Below, in pieces: positions 10,367 to 20,291 of a stretch of 56,930 bases of DNA. Location: positions 1 through 56,930 of the IMG/VR virus record IMGVR_UViG_3300025267_002563; one strand, 5' to 3'. The notes below the pieces were generated by a model, which was not told where the DNA came from, ran no database searches, and saw only the letters and a list, made by a program, of their open reading frames with translations. Every line of letters starts with the position of its first letter. Position 1 is the first letter of the stretch. The DNA comes from a virus (lineage: Duplodnaviria > Caudoviricetes). Made by a program: the position numbers and the translations under genes.

Positions 10367-12439
10367 TTAATTTCTCTTAATTGCAAAGCAAGTATTGTGA
10401 TTCATGTTTGCCGCCCACTCTTGACCCACATACATCTTGTTTGAAGGGCTTGTTTGAAACGTGCCCGGTTTAATGACAGTTCCAATATTGCTGTATGCAG
10501 GAGCAGGTATTTCTCTTTGTAATTGTCTAGCTATCATATTGGCAATAACTAATGCGCTATAACGATCTTTACGCATACGCCCCTTTTTGCCAATATTAGT
10601 TTTAATTTCTGGTGTATCAAATCGCTCTCGACCACCAGCAGTTACAGAAACTACAACTGTCACTAGCTCGTCTTTCAGCTCTTCAACTTCCATAACTGCA
10701 TCTTCTAAAGTATCATATAACCGTAAAGCATTAGATTCTCCTACTTTATCTTTTAATTGTTTGAAAGATATCTTGTCTTTTTCACTCATCAAACTAAGAC
10801 TTAAGGTATCAAATCTTGGCAATAGCAATACCTTATCTTCCATATCTTTTCTAAGCCCATGATTGGCTTGAGATGTCCATTCTGCTTTAGCAAAATTAAT
10901 TAATTCAACAATATGATCTCCCGCAATCCTATCTGTATCTTTTTCTTTTTTATCTTCAATAATAGGAAGTATGGGACGTTCACCAGAGAAAAGCTTATCA
11001 CTATCTCGCAAGCCTTCAGCGATAGCATAACCACCACCCTGTGAATCTATACCTATACGAACGCAAGGAAATACTTTATATAATTCTCTAATTTTTCTAC
11101 AACAAAAACTGTAATAATCATTTTCTTCTGTTAGTCCAATACGTTTACGACTCTGAAAGTCCTTTTTATTGGTGGTCCACGTATATACAACCCTATGATG
11201 CTCTGGATGTATTTCAATAATAATCAAAGCAAAATTATCTTGCTCAGATGCAGGATCAATACCAAACACATACTTCAAGTCTGGATTACCTCTGGTCATA
11301 GGATCGAAAGGGTTAACGCACCAATTACACCATCCCGCAGTAGAACAATTTCTATCATGAGCTACGCAACCTTCAATTAAACTTCTTTTAAAAAAGCCTT
11401 GACTATCAGAAGTAAAACATGCTCCATATTCCATTTGATATATACCATTATGCATGGTTGCTCTAGAACGTGCCACCTGTTGATCATCCATAAATCCTTC
11501 GGGAATCAGCTCATAAGGGATACGCACAATTGAAAATGATTTCCAATCTAAACGCTTCATATATTCAGGAACTTCATCTGATACGTCATCTCCAGCTTCT
11601 TCTGCTGCTTTTTGAAAATCACCTTTGGTCTGAATAGTCGATTTATATTTCTTCCAATAAGAAGCAAAGTGTTCAAAGCCATAACCACAAGTTCCAGCAA
11701 TAATAGACTGATTGGTTTGGCGATCTTTATAATCAACTTCCATAGTCTCATCCCATTTGCCAGAATCCTGCAATAACTTTCTTCTAGCTGCTTGCTTAAC
11801 ATTGTCGGTAGGATTTGCAGAAACCGCCGCAAAACCAGCAACAACAGTCTCATAGATCTCTACAGGAATACTATTAAATTCGTCAGCAATAATAGTATGA
11901 GCACGCAAACCTCTTATCTTACTTCCATCTCCTAAAGGAACTGCCATAGCCCAGCTATCATTAATGCGCATAGTACATCTATCTACATCACGACGTGGAC
12001 CGCTATTATCGGAACATACACTACGTAAAATAGGAGCATTACGCCATATAGTATCCATATATTCAAAAATAACTTTACTTTGTCTAAAGGCCGCACCTAC
12101 GATAACAATCTTAGTATCAGGAATGAGAATGCATTTTAAAATACCATATACCGCTAAGAGATAGGATTTACCAAATCCACGAGACGCAATATACATTGGA
12201 AAAGCGCGATTCCAAAGCTCTTGCAAAATCGCTACTTGTTCTGGTAAGAGTTCTACATTTAATAACTTTTTTACAGTCCATTGAAAATATTTAGGTTTTT
12301 GCATTAAACCCAAAATATGTAGATGTAAATTATCCTTTTGTTTTTGTGTTAAATCAATAAGAGGATTTTTGATACTATTAAGATCAGATTGAGCTATATT
12401 AAGCCAAGCATGTTCTGCATGTTCTACGTTATAAGTCAT
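10367..12439 (-). CDS. Terminase large subunit
   Basis: Walker A ASRGFGKS, GLRAHTIIADE Walker B, nuclease GIDPAS motif, C-terminal KDRYSA. Confidence 0.9.
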   Translation of the reverse strand: MTYNVEHAEHAWLNIAQSDLNSIKNPLIDLTQKQKDNLHLHILGLMQKPKYFQWTVKKLLNVELLPEQVAILQELWNRAFPMYIASRGFGKSYLLAVYGILKCILIPDTKIVIVGAAFRQSKVIFEYMDTIWRNAPILRSVCSDNSGPRRDVDRCTMRINDSWAMAVPLGDGSKIRGLRAHTIIADEFNSIPVEIYETVVAGFAAVSANPTDNVKQAARRKLLQDSGKWDETMEVDYKDRQTNQSIIAGTCGYGFEHFASYWKKYKSTIQTKGDFQKAAEEAGDDVSDEVPEYMKRLDWKSFSIVRIPYELIPEGFMDDQQVARSRATMHNGIYQMEYGACFTSDSQGFFKRSLIEGCVAHDRNCSTAGWCNWCVNPFDPMTRGNPDLKYVFGIDPASEQDNFALIIIEIHPEHHRVVYTWTTNKKDFQSRKRIGLTEENDYYSFCCRKIRELYKVFPCVRIGIDSQGGGYAIAEGLRDSDKLFSGERPILPIIEDKKEKDTDRIAGDHIVELINFAKAEWTSQANHGLRKDMEDKVLLLPRFDTLSLSLMSEKDKISFKQLKDKVGESNALRLYDTLEDAVMEVEELKDELVTVVVSVTAGGRERFDTPEIKTNIGKKGRMRKDRYSALVIANMIARQLQREIPAPAYSNIGTVIKPGTFQTSPSNKMYVGQEWAANMNHNTCFAIKRN

Positions 12440-12893
12440 GAATATGCCTCATTATTCTAAAGGCCATCTCTTCTGCACGTTTGCTATCTCCACATGCTAT
12501 TACGTGAATACCATGTTCTATCTGAGCACTTGTAAGCACTCGCATTATATATTTGCCCTTAATGCGTAATTCTTTCCATTTCGCTTTAGGAACGCTAGAT
12601 CCAACTGGATATTGTTCTATTTGATGCCACCCAAACTCCAATAGAAGAAAGGGGTGGGGAAATGAGGACATTGCTTTTAGTTCTCGCAAAAATCGTTTTT
12701 CCCCACAGTTTCCAGCAAGTTCGGAAACTGATTCCTTTCTTTCTATACACAATATGTGCTCTTTATCTTTTATGCTATAGTCGCCAATATCAAGCTTAGT
12801 AGTTTCTGTACCTATGCAATAAGCATTTTCATCATACCACCATCCATGTCCTTGTTTTTCTCTTGTGTCTCTAACAACGGTAAACCTACTCAT
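12429..12893 (-). CDS. ERCC4/XPF-family nuclease
   Basis: DTRE...GDYS...IERK motif. Confidence 0.85.
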   Translation of the reverse strand: MSRFTVVRDTREKQGHGWWYDENAYCIGTETTKLDIGDYSIKDKEHILCIERKESVSELAGNCGEKRFLRELKAMSSFPHPFLLLEFGWHQIEQYPVGSSVPKAKWKELRIKGKYIMRVLTSAQIEHGIHVIACGDSKRAEEMAFRIMRHIHDL

Positions 12894-13165
12894 TCACGAG
12901 CACCCCACTCTAAAAGCTTTAAGAAAAATATTTCATAATTTTCTTCATGCCCCTTAATTTTGCGATGACAAGACTTACAAAGAGTAATGCCGTTATTAAT
13001 AGAATAATGAAGAGCCGGATGGCTCTCCCATCTTTTTATATGATGCACCTCTAGTCTCTTTCTAGAGTGACAACCGGGCCATCTACATTTATTTTTATCC
13101 CGCCTACGAATATCTTTACGCCATTGCGCATAAGCAGGATCATTCCAATTTCTGTGCTTCATCAA
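12890..13165 (-). CDS. HNH endonuclease
   Basis: RRRDKNKC..C...LEVHHI...NGITLCKSCH. Confidence 0.9.
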   Translation of the reverse strand: MMKHRNWNDPAYAQWRKDIRRRDKNKCRWPGCHSRKRLEVHHIKRWESHPALHYSINNGITLCKSCHRKIKGHEENYEIFFLKLLEWGARE

Positions 13166-14243
13166 TATCGTTATCCACCATGAGTTTAACTAATTCTTCA
13201 AAGGTTACTTTAGGTTCCCAACCAAGTTGATCTTTAGCTTTCTTTGGCAATCCTAATAAATATTCCACTTCTGCTGGTCGATAAAATTTTGGATCAATGA
13301 CTATATATTTTTCCCAGTCATGTATAAAAATATGAGTAAATGCAGCCTCAAGTAATTCTCTGATAGAGTGCGTTTTGCCGGTAGAAATAACATAATCTTC
13401 AGGATTTTCCTGTTGCATAATAAGATACATGGCTTCAACATAATCTTGTGCATGTCCCCAATCACGACGAGTTTCGATATTACCCAAACGAAGCTTTGGA
13501 AATTGAAAGTTTTGATCTCTAGATGTTCGTCCCGGTATATAGACTTCGTCTTTATCAAACACTAAATCTTTATATGTAATATTGTGTTTATTTATCCACA
13601 CAAAAAATTCACCAATCCATTTAGTAATTTTCCGCGTAACAAAGTTCTCTCCACGCCTTTCGCTTTCATGATTAAACAATATTCCACAACATCCAAAAAC
13701 ATCATAAGCTTCTCTATAAACCCTGACTAAATTATGTGCAGCTACTTTTGCTATAGCATATGGAGATTGAGGCTCAAAGGGCGTTTCTTCATTTTGATAT
13801 TTTATTTCAACTGTTCTTCCATCATACAAATCATTTAACTCTGTATAATTTTTACCAAACATTTCACTTGTAGAAGCTTGATAAAATCTTGTAAAAGGTG
13901 AAAAACGCCGAATAGCCTCTAAAAAATGCAACGGCCCTAATGCATTAACTTGAAAAGTAAAGTCGGGTTGTTCAAAAGAAGTAGCCACATGAGATTGTGC
14001 AGCAAGGTTATAAATTTCATCCGGTTGGTATTTACTAACAACATCATAAACACATCCAGCATCTGAAATTTCGCCTTCAGTAATAATAAAGTTCGGATGA
14101 TTAATACATTTAGTAAGTCTACTAAAATTATCGGTGCTAGTACGTCTCTTTAATCCTACAACTTGATAATTTTTACTTAGCAACAATTCTGCTAAATAGG
14201 AACCATCTTGTCCTGTCACGCCAGTTATTAAAGCTGATTTCAT
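13140..14243 (-). CDS. gmd: GDP-mannose 4,6-dehydratase
   Basis: ALITGVTGQDGSYLAELLL, YNLAAQSHV, YQASTSE, SPYAIAK, LFNHES, RDWGHA. Confidence 0.95.
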   Translation of the reverse strand: MKSALITGVTGQDGSYLAELLLSKNYQVVGLKRRTSTDNFSRLTKCINHPNFIITEGEISDAGCVYDVVSKYQPDEIYNLAAQSHVATSFEQPDFTFQVNALGPLHFLEAIRRFSPFTRFYQASTSEMFGKNYTELNDLYDGRTVEIKYQNEETPFEPQSPYAIAKVAAHNLVRVYREAYDVFGCCGILFNHESERRGENFVTRKITKWIGEFFVWINKHNITYKDLVFDKDEVYIPGRTSRDQNFQFPKLRLGNIETRRDWGHAQDYVEAMYLIMQQENPEDYVISTGKTHSIRELLEAAFTHIFIHDWEKYIVIDPKFYRPAEVEYLLGLPKKAKDQLGWEPKVTFEELVKLMVDNDIDEAQKLE

Positions 14244-14302
14244 TTTTTACAATCCTGAAAATATTTATAAAATGGAGAATCACTCGGAAACATGGGAGGC
14301 AC

Positions 14303-15211
14303 TTATGAGCCCTTTTCTGTAACAATTTCTACATTTACAGCGCCCTGTGTTAAAATATCAACTAAGAGCTGTTTTTGATTTGGACCACTTTCTTTCTCTG
14401 AACTTGAAGACGTAGTTGGTGGAACAATATGAAAGCGATTAACTGTGTCATAACCATTTGGAAAACACAAAATATATGTTGGGTCGCAATGAGTACATGG
14501 CTCACGTATTTCCAACAACTGAGGCTTAGGACTATTAAAATCAATCGGAGCCACATAATATGCAGTATATTCTAATTCGTGTAAAAAGTCCAGTATCATA
14601 TCTAAGTGTTTATATTGTGGGTCAAATCTAACCACTAGGTTTGGAAGATCTCTTACAATAGTATTTTGCGCTCCATGTAATACAGCCAATTCATAACCGT
14701 TTACATCTACATTTATTACTCCACAATGGGTATCTCCCACTATTTCGTCTACTGTCTGAGTTTGCATTCTTTTTATTTCTTTTCTCCTCCACAAGCTTTT
14801 CCAAAAGCCCACATCTTGCCATAGTTGAGAATCCTCATGCGTGCGTGTAGAAAATGCACACTTAAAGTTTGAGTGGGAAGCAACCGCATGAACAGCTTTA
14901 ATATTTTTAAAACCGTTTTTCTTTATACTAAGATTTAAACAGTCAATACTTTCTTTGCAAGCATCTATACCTATAAACTCATGCATTCCATATGACGCAA
15001 GATATAAAGTATGTGTACCTATATGACATCCCACATCAACAATAGCTCCTAAAAAATTTAAACCAAGCTGAATTGCTACCGTAGCCTCTCCATGAAGAAT
15101 TTGTTTTTCTTCAATTAAGGCTTCTACAATAGAATCGGGTTTGTCTATATCTCTATTTTCTATTGGAAAGAAGTATTGTACATCATCAATGTTAACAGAG
15201 CCCTTGTTCAT
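14303..15211 (-). CDS. FkbM-family SAM-dependent methyltransferase
   Basis: IVDVGCHIGTHT motif and VDVNGYELAVLHGA. Confidence 0.8.
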   Translation of the reverse strand: MNKGSVNIDDVQYFFPIENRDIDKPDSIVEALIEEKQILHGEATVAIQLGLNFLGAIVDVGCHIGTHTLYLASYGMHEFIGIDACKESIDCLNLSIKKNGFKNIKAVHAVASHSNFKCAFSTRTHEDSQLWQDVGFWKSLWRRKEIKRMQTQTVDEIVGDTHCGVINVDVNGYELAVLHGAQNTIVRDLPNLVVRFDPQYKHLDMILDFLHELEYTAYYVAPIDFNSPKPQLLEIREPCTHCDPTYILCFPNGYDTVNRFHIVPPTTSSSSEKESGPNQKQLLVDILTQGAVNVEIVTEKGS

Positions 15212-15571
15212 CTATTCCTCCAATAATTTTTTAGCTTCTTCATCGCTCACGTTTTCAACACCTGCCAAAATCGCCTCCACAGCTCCTGTAGTAGGCTCAA
15301 AAAGCTTTTTGACTTCTGTTTGACCACTAGAACGTTCTGCTAGATATATAGTCATATGGCGCAATGTCGGATGATTCCAAAGAACCGTTGCTGTTACCGT
15401 AATATCTAACCACTCTTCGATATCGCCACTAAACTCAACCGCCGTTAACGAGTCTAAGCGATAGTCTGCAAACGGCTTATCAAGTTCAATAGACTCCCTT
15501 GACACTTCTGCAACATCTACTAACCATTGAACTATCCATTCCTGAACTTCTTCCTGAGTTTTAGATGTCAT
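15212..15571 (-). CDS. Acyl carrier protein (PKS-type phosphopantetheine-binding domain)
   Basis: PFADYRLDSLTAVE with attachment Ser, LWNHPTL; GAGGAG RBS before ATG 15571. Confidence 0.85.
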   Translation of the reverse strand: MTSKTQEEVQEWIVQWLVDVAEVSRESIELDKPFADYRLDSLTAVEFSGDIEEWLDITVTATVLWNHPTLRHMTIYLAERSSGQTEVKKLFEPTTGAVEAILAGVENVSDEEAKKLLEE

Positions 15572-15572
15572 A

Positions 15573-16370
15573 TTACTCCTCAATAAAGGTGTCTGAATTT
15601 AACATTGGCTGATCGACAGTGCCGTCTTCATATTCGTGATACTGAGCAAGCTTATCCATTGCCTTTTCAGCCGCTACCCGATGAACTTCCATATCAAATC
15701 CTTCTTGCTGTCTAAATTCCTTACTGTCTAACTGACGCAACCACGAAGTAAAATTCGTCTTCGCATCATCGGCATTTCTTTTCCTCTGTTCCCTTGTACC
15801 TTTAAGATCTTTCAAAAGCCGCTCTTTTTTTGTTAACAACTTTTCGTGCTCATTAATGTACGCGGACTTAGATGATATAGCCGCGCCTAGTTGAGTTTGG
15901 AATGAAGCTAGCGCTTGCGTGTCGCGCGTTGCTGGCGGTTTATCCATTTCGTCTTCAATAAGTTTATTTAATCTAGCGATGTTTCTTAAAACTTCTTGGC
16001 GGTCTTCCATGCCTCTATTGATAAGCACCTCTGTTCTAATAACCTCTAGTATTTCCATTTCCTCTGTATGAGTAACGTCCTCAGAGAATTGTTTAAAGTA
16101 GTCAATCCACTGGTGTTCGAAAAAAATTAATTCGGGATCTCCGAACTGTTTTTTAAGTTCCTTATAATAATAGCGGTCTCTTAGCCCTACAAGAAGATGT
16201 TCATCGTCACTCATATTGCGCATTTTGAGATTTTCTTTGTCGATAAACTTTTGTACCGGCGTTTTAGTCCTATTTAAAGTTTCAGCAATTTCTTCTATGG
16301 AAATATTGAAACAATTTTGCCGAATAAAGTTCATTTCGTCAATCGACAGTTTTCCACGCTTCTTCGTCAA
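15573..16370 (-). CDS. Hypothetical protein with N-terminal HTH-like segment and coiled coil (possible small terminase)
   Basis: SIEEIAETLNRT helix; probable TTG start at 16370 after AAGGAGA. Confidence 0.45.
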   Translation of the reverse strand: MTKKRGKLSIDEMNFIRQNCFNISIEEIAETLNRTKTPVQKFIDKENLKMRNMSDDEHLLVGLRDRYYYKELKKQFGDPELIFFEHQWIDYFKQFSEDVTHTEEMEILEVIRTEVLINRGMEDRQEVLRNIARLNKLIEDEMDKPPATRDTQALASFQTQLGAAISSKSAYINEHEKLLTKKERLLKDLKGTREQRKRNADDAKTNFTSWLRQLDSKEFRQQEGFDMEVHRVAAEKAMDKLAQYHEYEDGTVDQPMLNSDTFIEE

Positions 16371-16962
16371 TGTTATTCTCCTTGAATATTTGTATGATAA
16401 CTTCAATAAGTATATCGCGTTTAACCTTTGCTAATTTGAGATTATTTACCAGCCTAATCCAATCTTCTCTATATTGTACTGGAATAGATTTATCAACTAG
16501 GTTAAAAATTTGTTTTTTATCTATCATATCCTCTATAGCATCGGACTGTTTGATATCTAGGTCTAGTTGTGCAGTGTTCATGATATTGCGTTTTGCAGTG
16601 TTTCTTTTTAACCATCCCATATACAAATCACATTCTTCATGATTATCATATGCCCTACATCCATATCCTTTATCGTTTTCAAAAGCTATATCGAAATATG
16701 GACAGGAATCGCAAGGCTTATCCGGCCTTCCAAAGTTATTTCTCTTAAAGTTATAAAGACGGTTTCTAACATGTGTCCAAAGAAAGTTTTCTAGAGGTCT
16801 GATGCCATCGTAATTTTCAATACCTTCCCAAGCAAATAAGCGTGCCTGTTGTTTCATATCTTCTAATGCATGATAACCAAACTTAAATTTATTTGCTAAT
16901 CGATTCGCTATGTTGTTTATTATCTGGATCACCTGTTCTTCCGTCATACCCTGCGGAATCAC
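16339..16962 (-). CDS. Sigma-factor-like protein (region 2) with Cys-rich insert
   Basis: EDMKQQARLFAWE...FLWTHVRNRLYNFKR; CDSC...C...C. Confidence 0.65.
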   Translation of the reverse strand: MIPQGMTEEQVIQIINNIANRLANKFKFGYHALEDMKQQARLFAWEGIENYDGIRPLENFLWTHVRNRLYNFKRNNFGRPDKPCDSCPYFDIAFENDKGYGCRAYDNHEECDLYMGWLKRNTAKRNIMNTAQLDLDIKQSDAIEDMIDKKQIFNLVDKSIPVQYREDWIRLVNNLKLAKVKRDILIEVIIQIFKENNIDEEAWKTVD

Positions 16963-17152
16963 CTTGTCTAATCTCCCGTGCTTCTAAATTTTCAATATTT
17001 AAATGGGGGTCACTAACTAAAATAGCTGCTTCTACATTAAAAGCGTCCATGCTCAATTCGAGGCCTATAATATTTTCTACCTCTTCTCCGGTATCTGCAT
17101 CAACTACTTTCGTTGTATCTCCCGTCCCTTCCGATACTATCTTTAATCTCAT
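16889..17152 (-). CDS. Hypothetical protein
   Basis: ORF with AGGAG RBS in the same operon. Confidence 0.6.
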   Translation of the reverse strand: MRLKIVSEGTGDTTKVVDADTGEEVENIIGLELSMDAFNVEAAILVSDPHLNIENLEAREIRQGDSAGYDGRTGDPDNKQHSESISK

Positions 17153-17276
17153 TTTGTTCTCCTAAAAGGTCTATGATATCTTTTTCGGTGGAAATACTTG
17201 CTTGAGTCATTACGGCCTCGTCTAAACCGCTAGCAGCAATGGCTATGGGTTCTGTAGCTTGAATAATTTTTTTCAT
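17100..17276 (-). CDS. Hypothetical protein (probable start MKKIIQ)
   Basis: AAGGAG RBS before ATG 17276. Confidence 0.5.
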   Translation of the reverse strand: MKKIIQATEPIAIAASGLDEAVMTQASISTEKDIIDLLGEQNEIKDSIGRDGRYNESS

Positions 17277-17353
17277 TCTTATGATCTCCTTGACTATAAT
17301 ATTATATATGCAAATGACCACTTTATTAATACACAAAATAGGCTCTCTTGTAA

Positions 17354-17551
17354 ATGAATAATAAATGGACTACTGAAGATAAGCGATTTATTAGGGAAAA
17401 TGCTCATCATATTAAAGATAAAGATTTAGCTAAAGAATTAAGCTTGCGTAATCAACGCACTATTTCATTAGATGCTGTACGTAAGCTTAGACAACGTCTT
17501 GGTATTGTTAAAAAAAGCGGACGAGGCAGATGCGAACTGGAGGAAAAATGA
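17354..17551 (+). CDS. Small HTH/Myb-like DNA-binding protein
   Basis: KWTTEDKRFIREN...DLAKEL...AVRKLRQRLG. Confidence 0.6.
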   Translation: MNNKWTTEDKRFIRENAHHIKDKDLAKELSLRNQRTISLDAVRKLRQRLGIVKKSGRGRCELEEK

Positions 17552-17844
17552 GCTGGTGTGAGTTCAAAGATAGTGAGGTACATGGAAAGGGTATCTTTGC
17601 GACGGAAATTATACCCGAAAACAAAGTTCTTTTCGAGACCCATAAAAAGACAAGCGGCGCTTTTGAGTGGCTTAATCTAGTGCCGAACTGTTCTTATAAC
17701 CATTCGGGCAAACCCAACTGTCGATCTCTTACTCTGGGAAATTTTAAATATTTAGTGACTCTTAGGGAAATTGAAGAGGGGGAAGAATTGGTCGTGGACT
17801 ATAGAAAAGATAGGGACTTAGAGCAACCGAAGAAGGGGTGGTGA
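17548..17844 (+). CDS. SET-domain protein
   Basis: SEVHGKGIFA, YNHSGKPNC, IEEGEELVVDY. Confidence 0.9.
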   Translation: MSWCEFKDSEVHGKGIFATEIIPENKVLFETHKKTSGAFEWLNLVPNCSYNHSGKPNCRSLTLGNFKYLVTLREIEEGEELVVDYRKDRDLEQPKKGW

Positions 17845-17983
17845 GTGTTATCACTATCTTTAGGATAAAAGTGGACATTTGGTTTGATGGGTTTTAGTTT
17901 GTTTGAACCACCTCGGCTTTTTTCCTATTTTATACGAGAATTCACTTGAATTAGAAAACCCCACCCTATATATGCGATCTGTA

Positions 17984-18037
17984 GCTGCCTCGACAGCTCA
18001 AAACGGCCCAACTTGCTGCCTCGGCAGCTCAAAACGG
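17984..18037. repeat. Two 23-bp direct repeats, each internally palindromic
   Basis: GCTGCCTCGACAGCTCAAAACGG (17984-18006) and GCTGCCTCGGCAGCTCAAAACGG (18015-18037). Confidence 0.85.
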
Positions 18038-18047
18038 TTCGCTCACC

Positions 18048-18127
18048 CTAAGCTATACCCACCAAAGGACTTAGGGCGACCGAGCCCCGGCCCCGGCGAC
18101 GTAACTCCTTACAGTGTATAGAGTTAT
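18048..18127. repeat. 80-bp bipartite element, copy 1
   Basis: Two 27-bp imperfect palindromes (about GTAAnYCCTT-N7-AACGACTTAC) joined by a 26-bp GC-rich linker. Confidence 0.85.
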
Positions 18128-18234
18128 GGCTATTCTGTTATTCTTTCAGAATTATTTCATACTGCTATTGCAATGAGACGATAATAGTATATAATGAGAG
18201 CATGACAAACAACAATCACACAAAAGGAGTTGCC

Positions 18235-18348
18235 ATGATTAATCTTAGCAGAGTTTTGTACGGCGTATATCTTCTGGTTTCAATCTTCATTCCCGCAAGC
18301 ATTGTACTGATTGCTTCCGCAGTTCTCACTAGCCTTATCACCCAGTAA
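18235..18348 (+). CDS. 37-aa hydrophobic peptide (not in track)
   Basis: AAAGGAG RBS; MINLSRVLYGVYLLVSIFIPASIVLIASAVLTSLITQ. Confidence 0.55.
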   Translation: MINLSRVLYGVYLLVSIFIPASIVLIASAVLTSLITQ

Positions 18349-18359
18349 AGGAAACTACA

Positions 18360-18611
18360 ATGGACTTTAATTTTGATGCAAAGAAAAGAGTACACCCTAA
18401 TACAATCAAGTGGGCACAAGCCCATGATATTGAGATTGAGGTAGGCAATAGGATTGTTGAGGTATGGCATAGGTGTGATAGTGTGAATGATGGGCTATCT
18501 GTCATATGTCACAATGAGAACGAACTAGATGAAGCTCTCGATAGATTACATGATGAGTTTACAAAAGACATGATTCTATCCGTACACGACGATCCACACT
18601 GGAGAAATTAA
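18360..18611 (+). CDS. Hypothetical early protein
   Basis: ORF with AAAGGA RBS. Confidence 0.65.
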   Translation: MDFNFDAKKRVHPNTIKWAQAHDIEIEVGNRIVEVWHRCDSVNDGLSVICHNENELDEALDRLHDEFTKDMILSVHDDPHWRN

Positions 18612-18612
18612 A

Positions 18613-19074
18613 ATGTACTCAGCAAAAGACCTACAAGACTTTGTCAACTTAAAGAATGCTCAACAACAATTAAACAATCAAGCAAAAGTAATACAGCAAG
18701 AAATAGTTAAGCTACACAATAATGCCAACGCTATTAACAATAGGCTTAAAGAAAATCAAATTAAGCTAGAACAATATAAAGAATTAGAAAACGTTAAAGA
18801 AATGTTTAACCTTATAGAACCCGAAGAACGTATAGATAATATTCGACCAAATTATGTAACAGAAGAACAAAAAAAGACTTTACTTCTTAAACTGTTCTCA
18901 GAGTATAGAGCATTAAACCCGCGATCAACCCGAGTTCCATTCGCTTGGTTGAAAAAAACTTTAGATAATCAATATAATATAAAAACAAGAAGTGTAAGTA
19001 ATTTCTTTACCAAGCTTCTTCCTCAATATAAAAAAACAGGGGGAAAAAGAAACCGATGTGTGGTTGTGCCATAA
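18613..19074 (+). CDS. Hypothetical coiled-coil protein; stop codon lies inside element copy 2
   Basis: ORF track; GGAGA RBS. Confidence 0.7.
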   Translation: MYSAKDLQDFVNLKNAQQQLNNQAKVIQQEIVKLHNNANAINNRLKENQIKLEQYKELENVKEMFNLIEPEERIDNIRPNYVTEEQKKTLLLKLFSEYRALNPRSTRVPFAWLKKTLDNQYNIKTRSVSNFFTKLLPQYKKTGGKRNRCVVVP

Positions 19075-19150
19075 ACCCTTACTATCAAACGACTTACGAC
19101 GAGCGCGGCCCGGCCCCGGCGACGTAACTCCTTATACAGTAACGACTTAC
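19071..19150. repeat. 80-bp bipartite element, copy 2
   Basis: ATAAACCCTTACTATCAAACGACTTAC-linker-GTAACTCCTTATACAGTAACGACTTAC. Confidence 0.9.
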
Positions 19151-19200
19151 AACTACTTTGGAAATCTTTGGGAATCTCTGGGAATTAGTGGCCATAGCTA

Positions 19201-19229
19201 TTGACAAATGACGATATATAGTATATACT
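19201..19229 (+). promoter_or_regulatory. Sigma70-type promoter
   Basis: TTGACA-17 bp-TATACT. Confidence 0.8.
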
Positions 19230-19271
19230 AAGAGCATGATAAGAAACAATGATAACACGAAAGGAAATGAG

Positions 19272-19469
19272 ATGACTAAAATCACATTCAACAATGGCGG
19301 AAACGTATTTGGTATCGAAGTAGTAAAGGTACACTTTCGGCACTTTGTTGCAAAGTTTGATGGTAAGGTTATTGAAGGTACTCGCTGGCATAATGACGGC
19401 GGTTGCGAATCGAAAGCTCAAGAGATTATGAAAAAAAGAGCTATTGACAACCAATCGCAATTTTGCTAA
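19272..19469 (+). CDS. Hypothetical early protein (MTKITF...)
   Basis: ACACGAAAGGA leader/RBS. Confidence 0.6.
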   Translation: MTKITFNNGGNVFGIEVVKVHFRHFVAKFDGKVIEGTRWHNDGGCESKAQEIMKKRAIDNQSQFC

Positions 19470-19786
19470 AATAAGAGAATGACAAACAACACTAACACTC
19501 GTAGAGAATGGAGGTTGATATGGATTATCACGAAGCATGTGAAGCGATTGTATCACGACAGGAAGCACGACTTGAACTAGAGGCACACGATGCCCCCTTC
19601 TATGAGTTCACGCAAGAGCGTGGCGATAGGGAGGAGTACTATGGTTATGAGATACTTAACTTCTTAGGATATTAAAATTAAAATGGATTGGAACTTTATT
19701 TCCTTTATGGTTGTGTGGGTAGTGCTTGTGGTTATGGTATGGCGCGGCATATGGAAGGCAACACGGGAAGACAGAGACATCTGGTC

Positions 19787-19866
19787 ATAACCCTATACTA
19801 CCAAAGGACTTAGGGCGACGGCGCCCCGGCCCCGGCGACGTAACTCCTTACACAGCAACGACTTAT
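19787..19866. repeat. 80-bp bipartite element, copy 3
   Basis: Same 27+26+27 layout. Confidence 0.9.
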
Positions 19867-19906
19867 AACTATCTCGGTAATCTTTAATAATAAGTGGCCT
19901 ACCCTA

Positions 19907-19935
19907 TTGACAAACGCCGATAACTAGTATATACT
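19907..19935 (+). promoter_or_regulatory. Sigma70-type promoter
   Basis: TTGACA-17 bp-TATACT. Confidence 0.8.
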
Positions 19936-19959
19936 AAGGGCATAACAAGGAAAGAAACA

Positions 19960-20064
19960 ATGACACTCGCACAAGTTAAACTCTACATCAAGTACAGTAC
20001 AGTTCGTCCGACTCACATCAGTGTTGCACGTTGGAGTGCAATGGTTCGTCAAGCAAAGGGATAA
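19960..20064 (+). CDS. 34-aa basic peptide, paralog A1
   Basis: MTLAQVKLYIKYSTVRPTHISVARWSAMVRQAKG; paralog at 22165. Confidence 0.75.
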   Translation: MTLAQVKLYIKYSTVRPTHISVARWSAMVRQAKG

Positions 20065-20068
20065 GACA

Positions 20069-20179
20069 ATGCGTAACGTTATCTGGATCATCAAAGAAGT
20101 AGCTATCATGTTTGTCTGGACCAGTATGATACTGATCACATCTGCCATAGGGGCACTGGTACTACTAAACAACATGTAA
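20069..20179 (+). CDS. 36-aa membrane peptide, paralog B1
   Basis: MRNVIWIIKEVAIMFVWTSMILITSAIGALVLLNNM; paralog at 21328. Confidence 0.7.
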   Translation: MRNVIWIIKEVAIMFVWTSMILITSAIGALVLLNNM

Positions 20180-20291
20180 GATACGCTCAACTGGAGCCGT
20201 AAGGCTAGGGCTAATCGCCACTGAATGAGAGTCTTACCCATGGTAGACTTCTGCGAGATACGGTAGGTGCTCAGGGCACGCGAGTTATTTT

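Noticed and set aside
17903-18121. 72-aa ORF
   Set aside because: Runs through direct repeats and element copy 1; no RBS; probably non-coding.
20200-20275. Hammerhead-like CTGAATGAG followed by a hairpin
   Set aside because: The core does not match CUGANGA and no GAAA is correctly placed.
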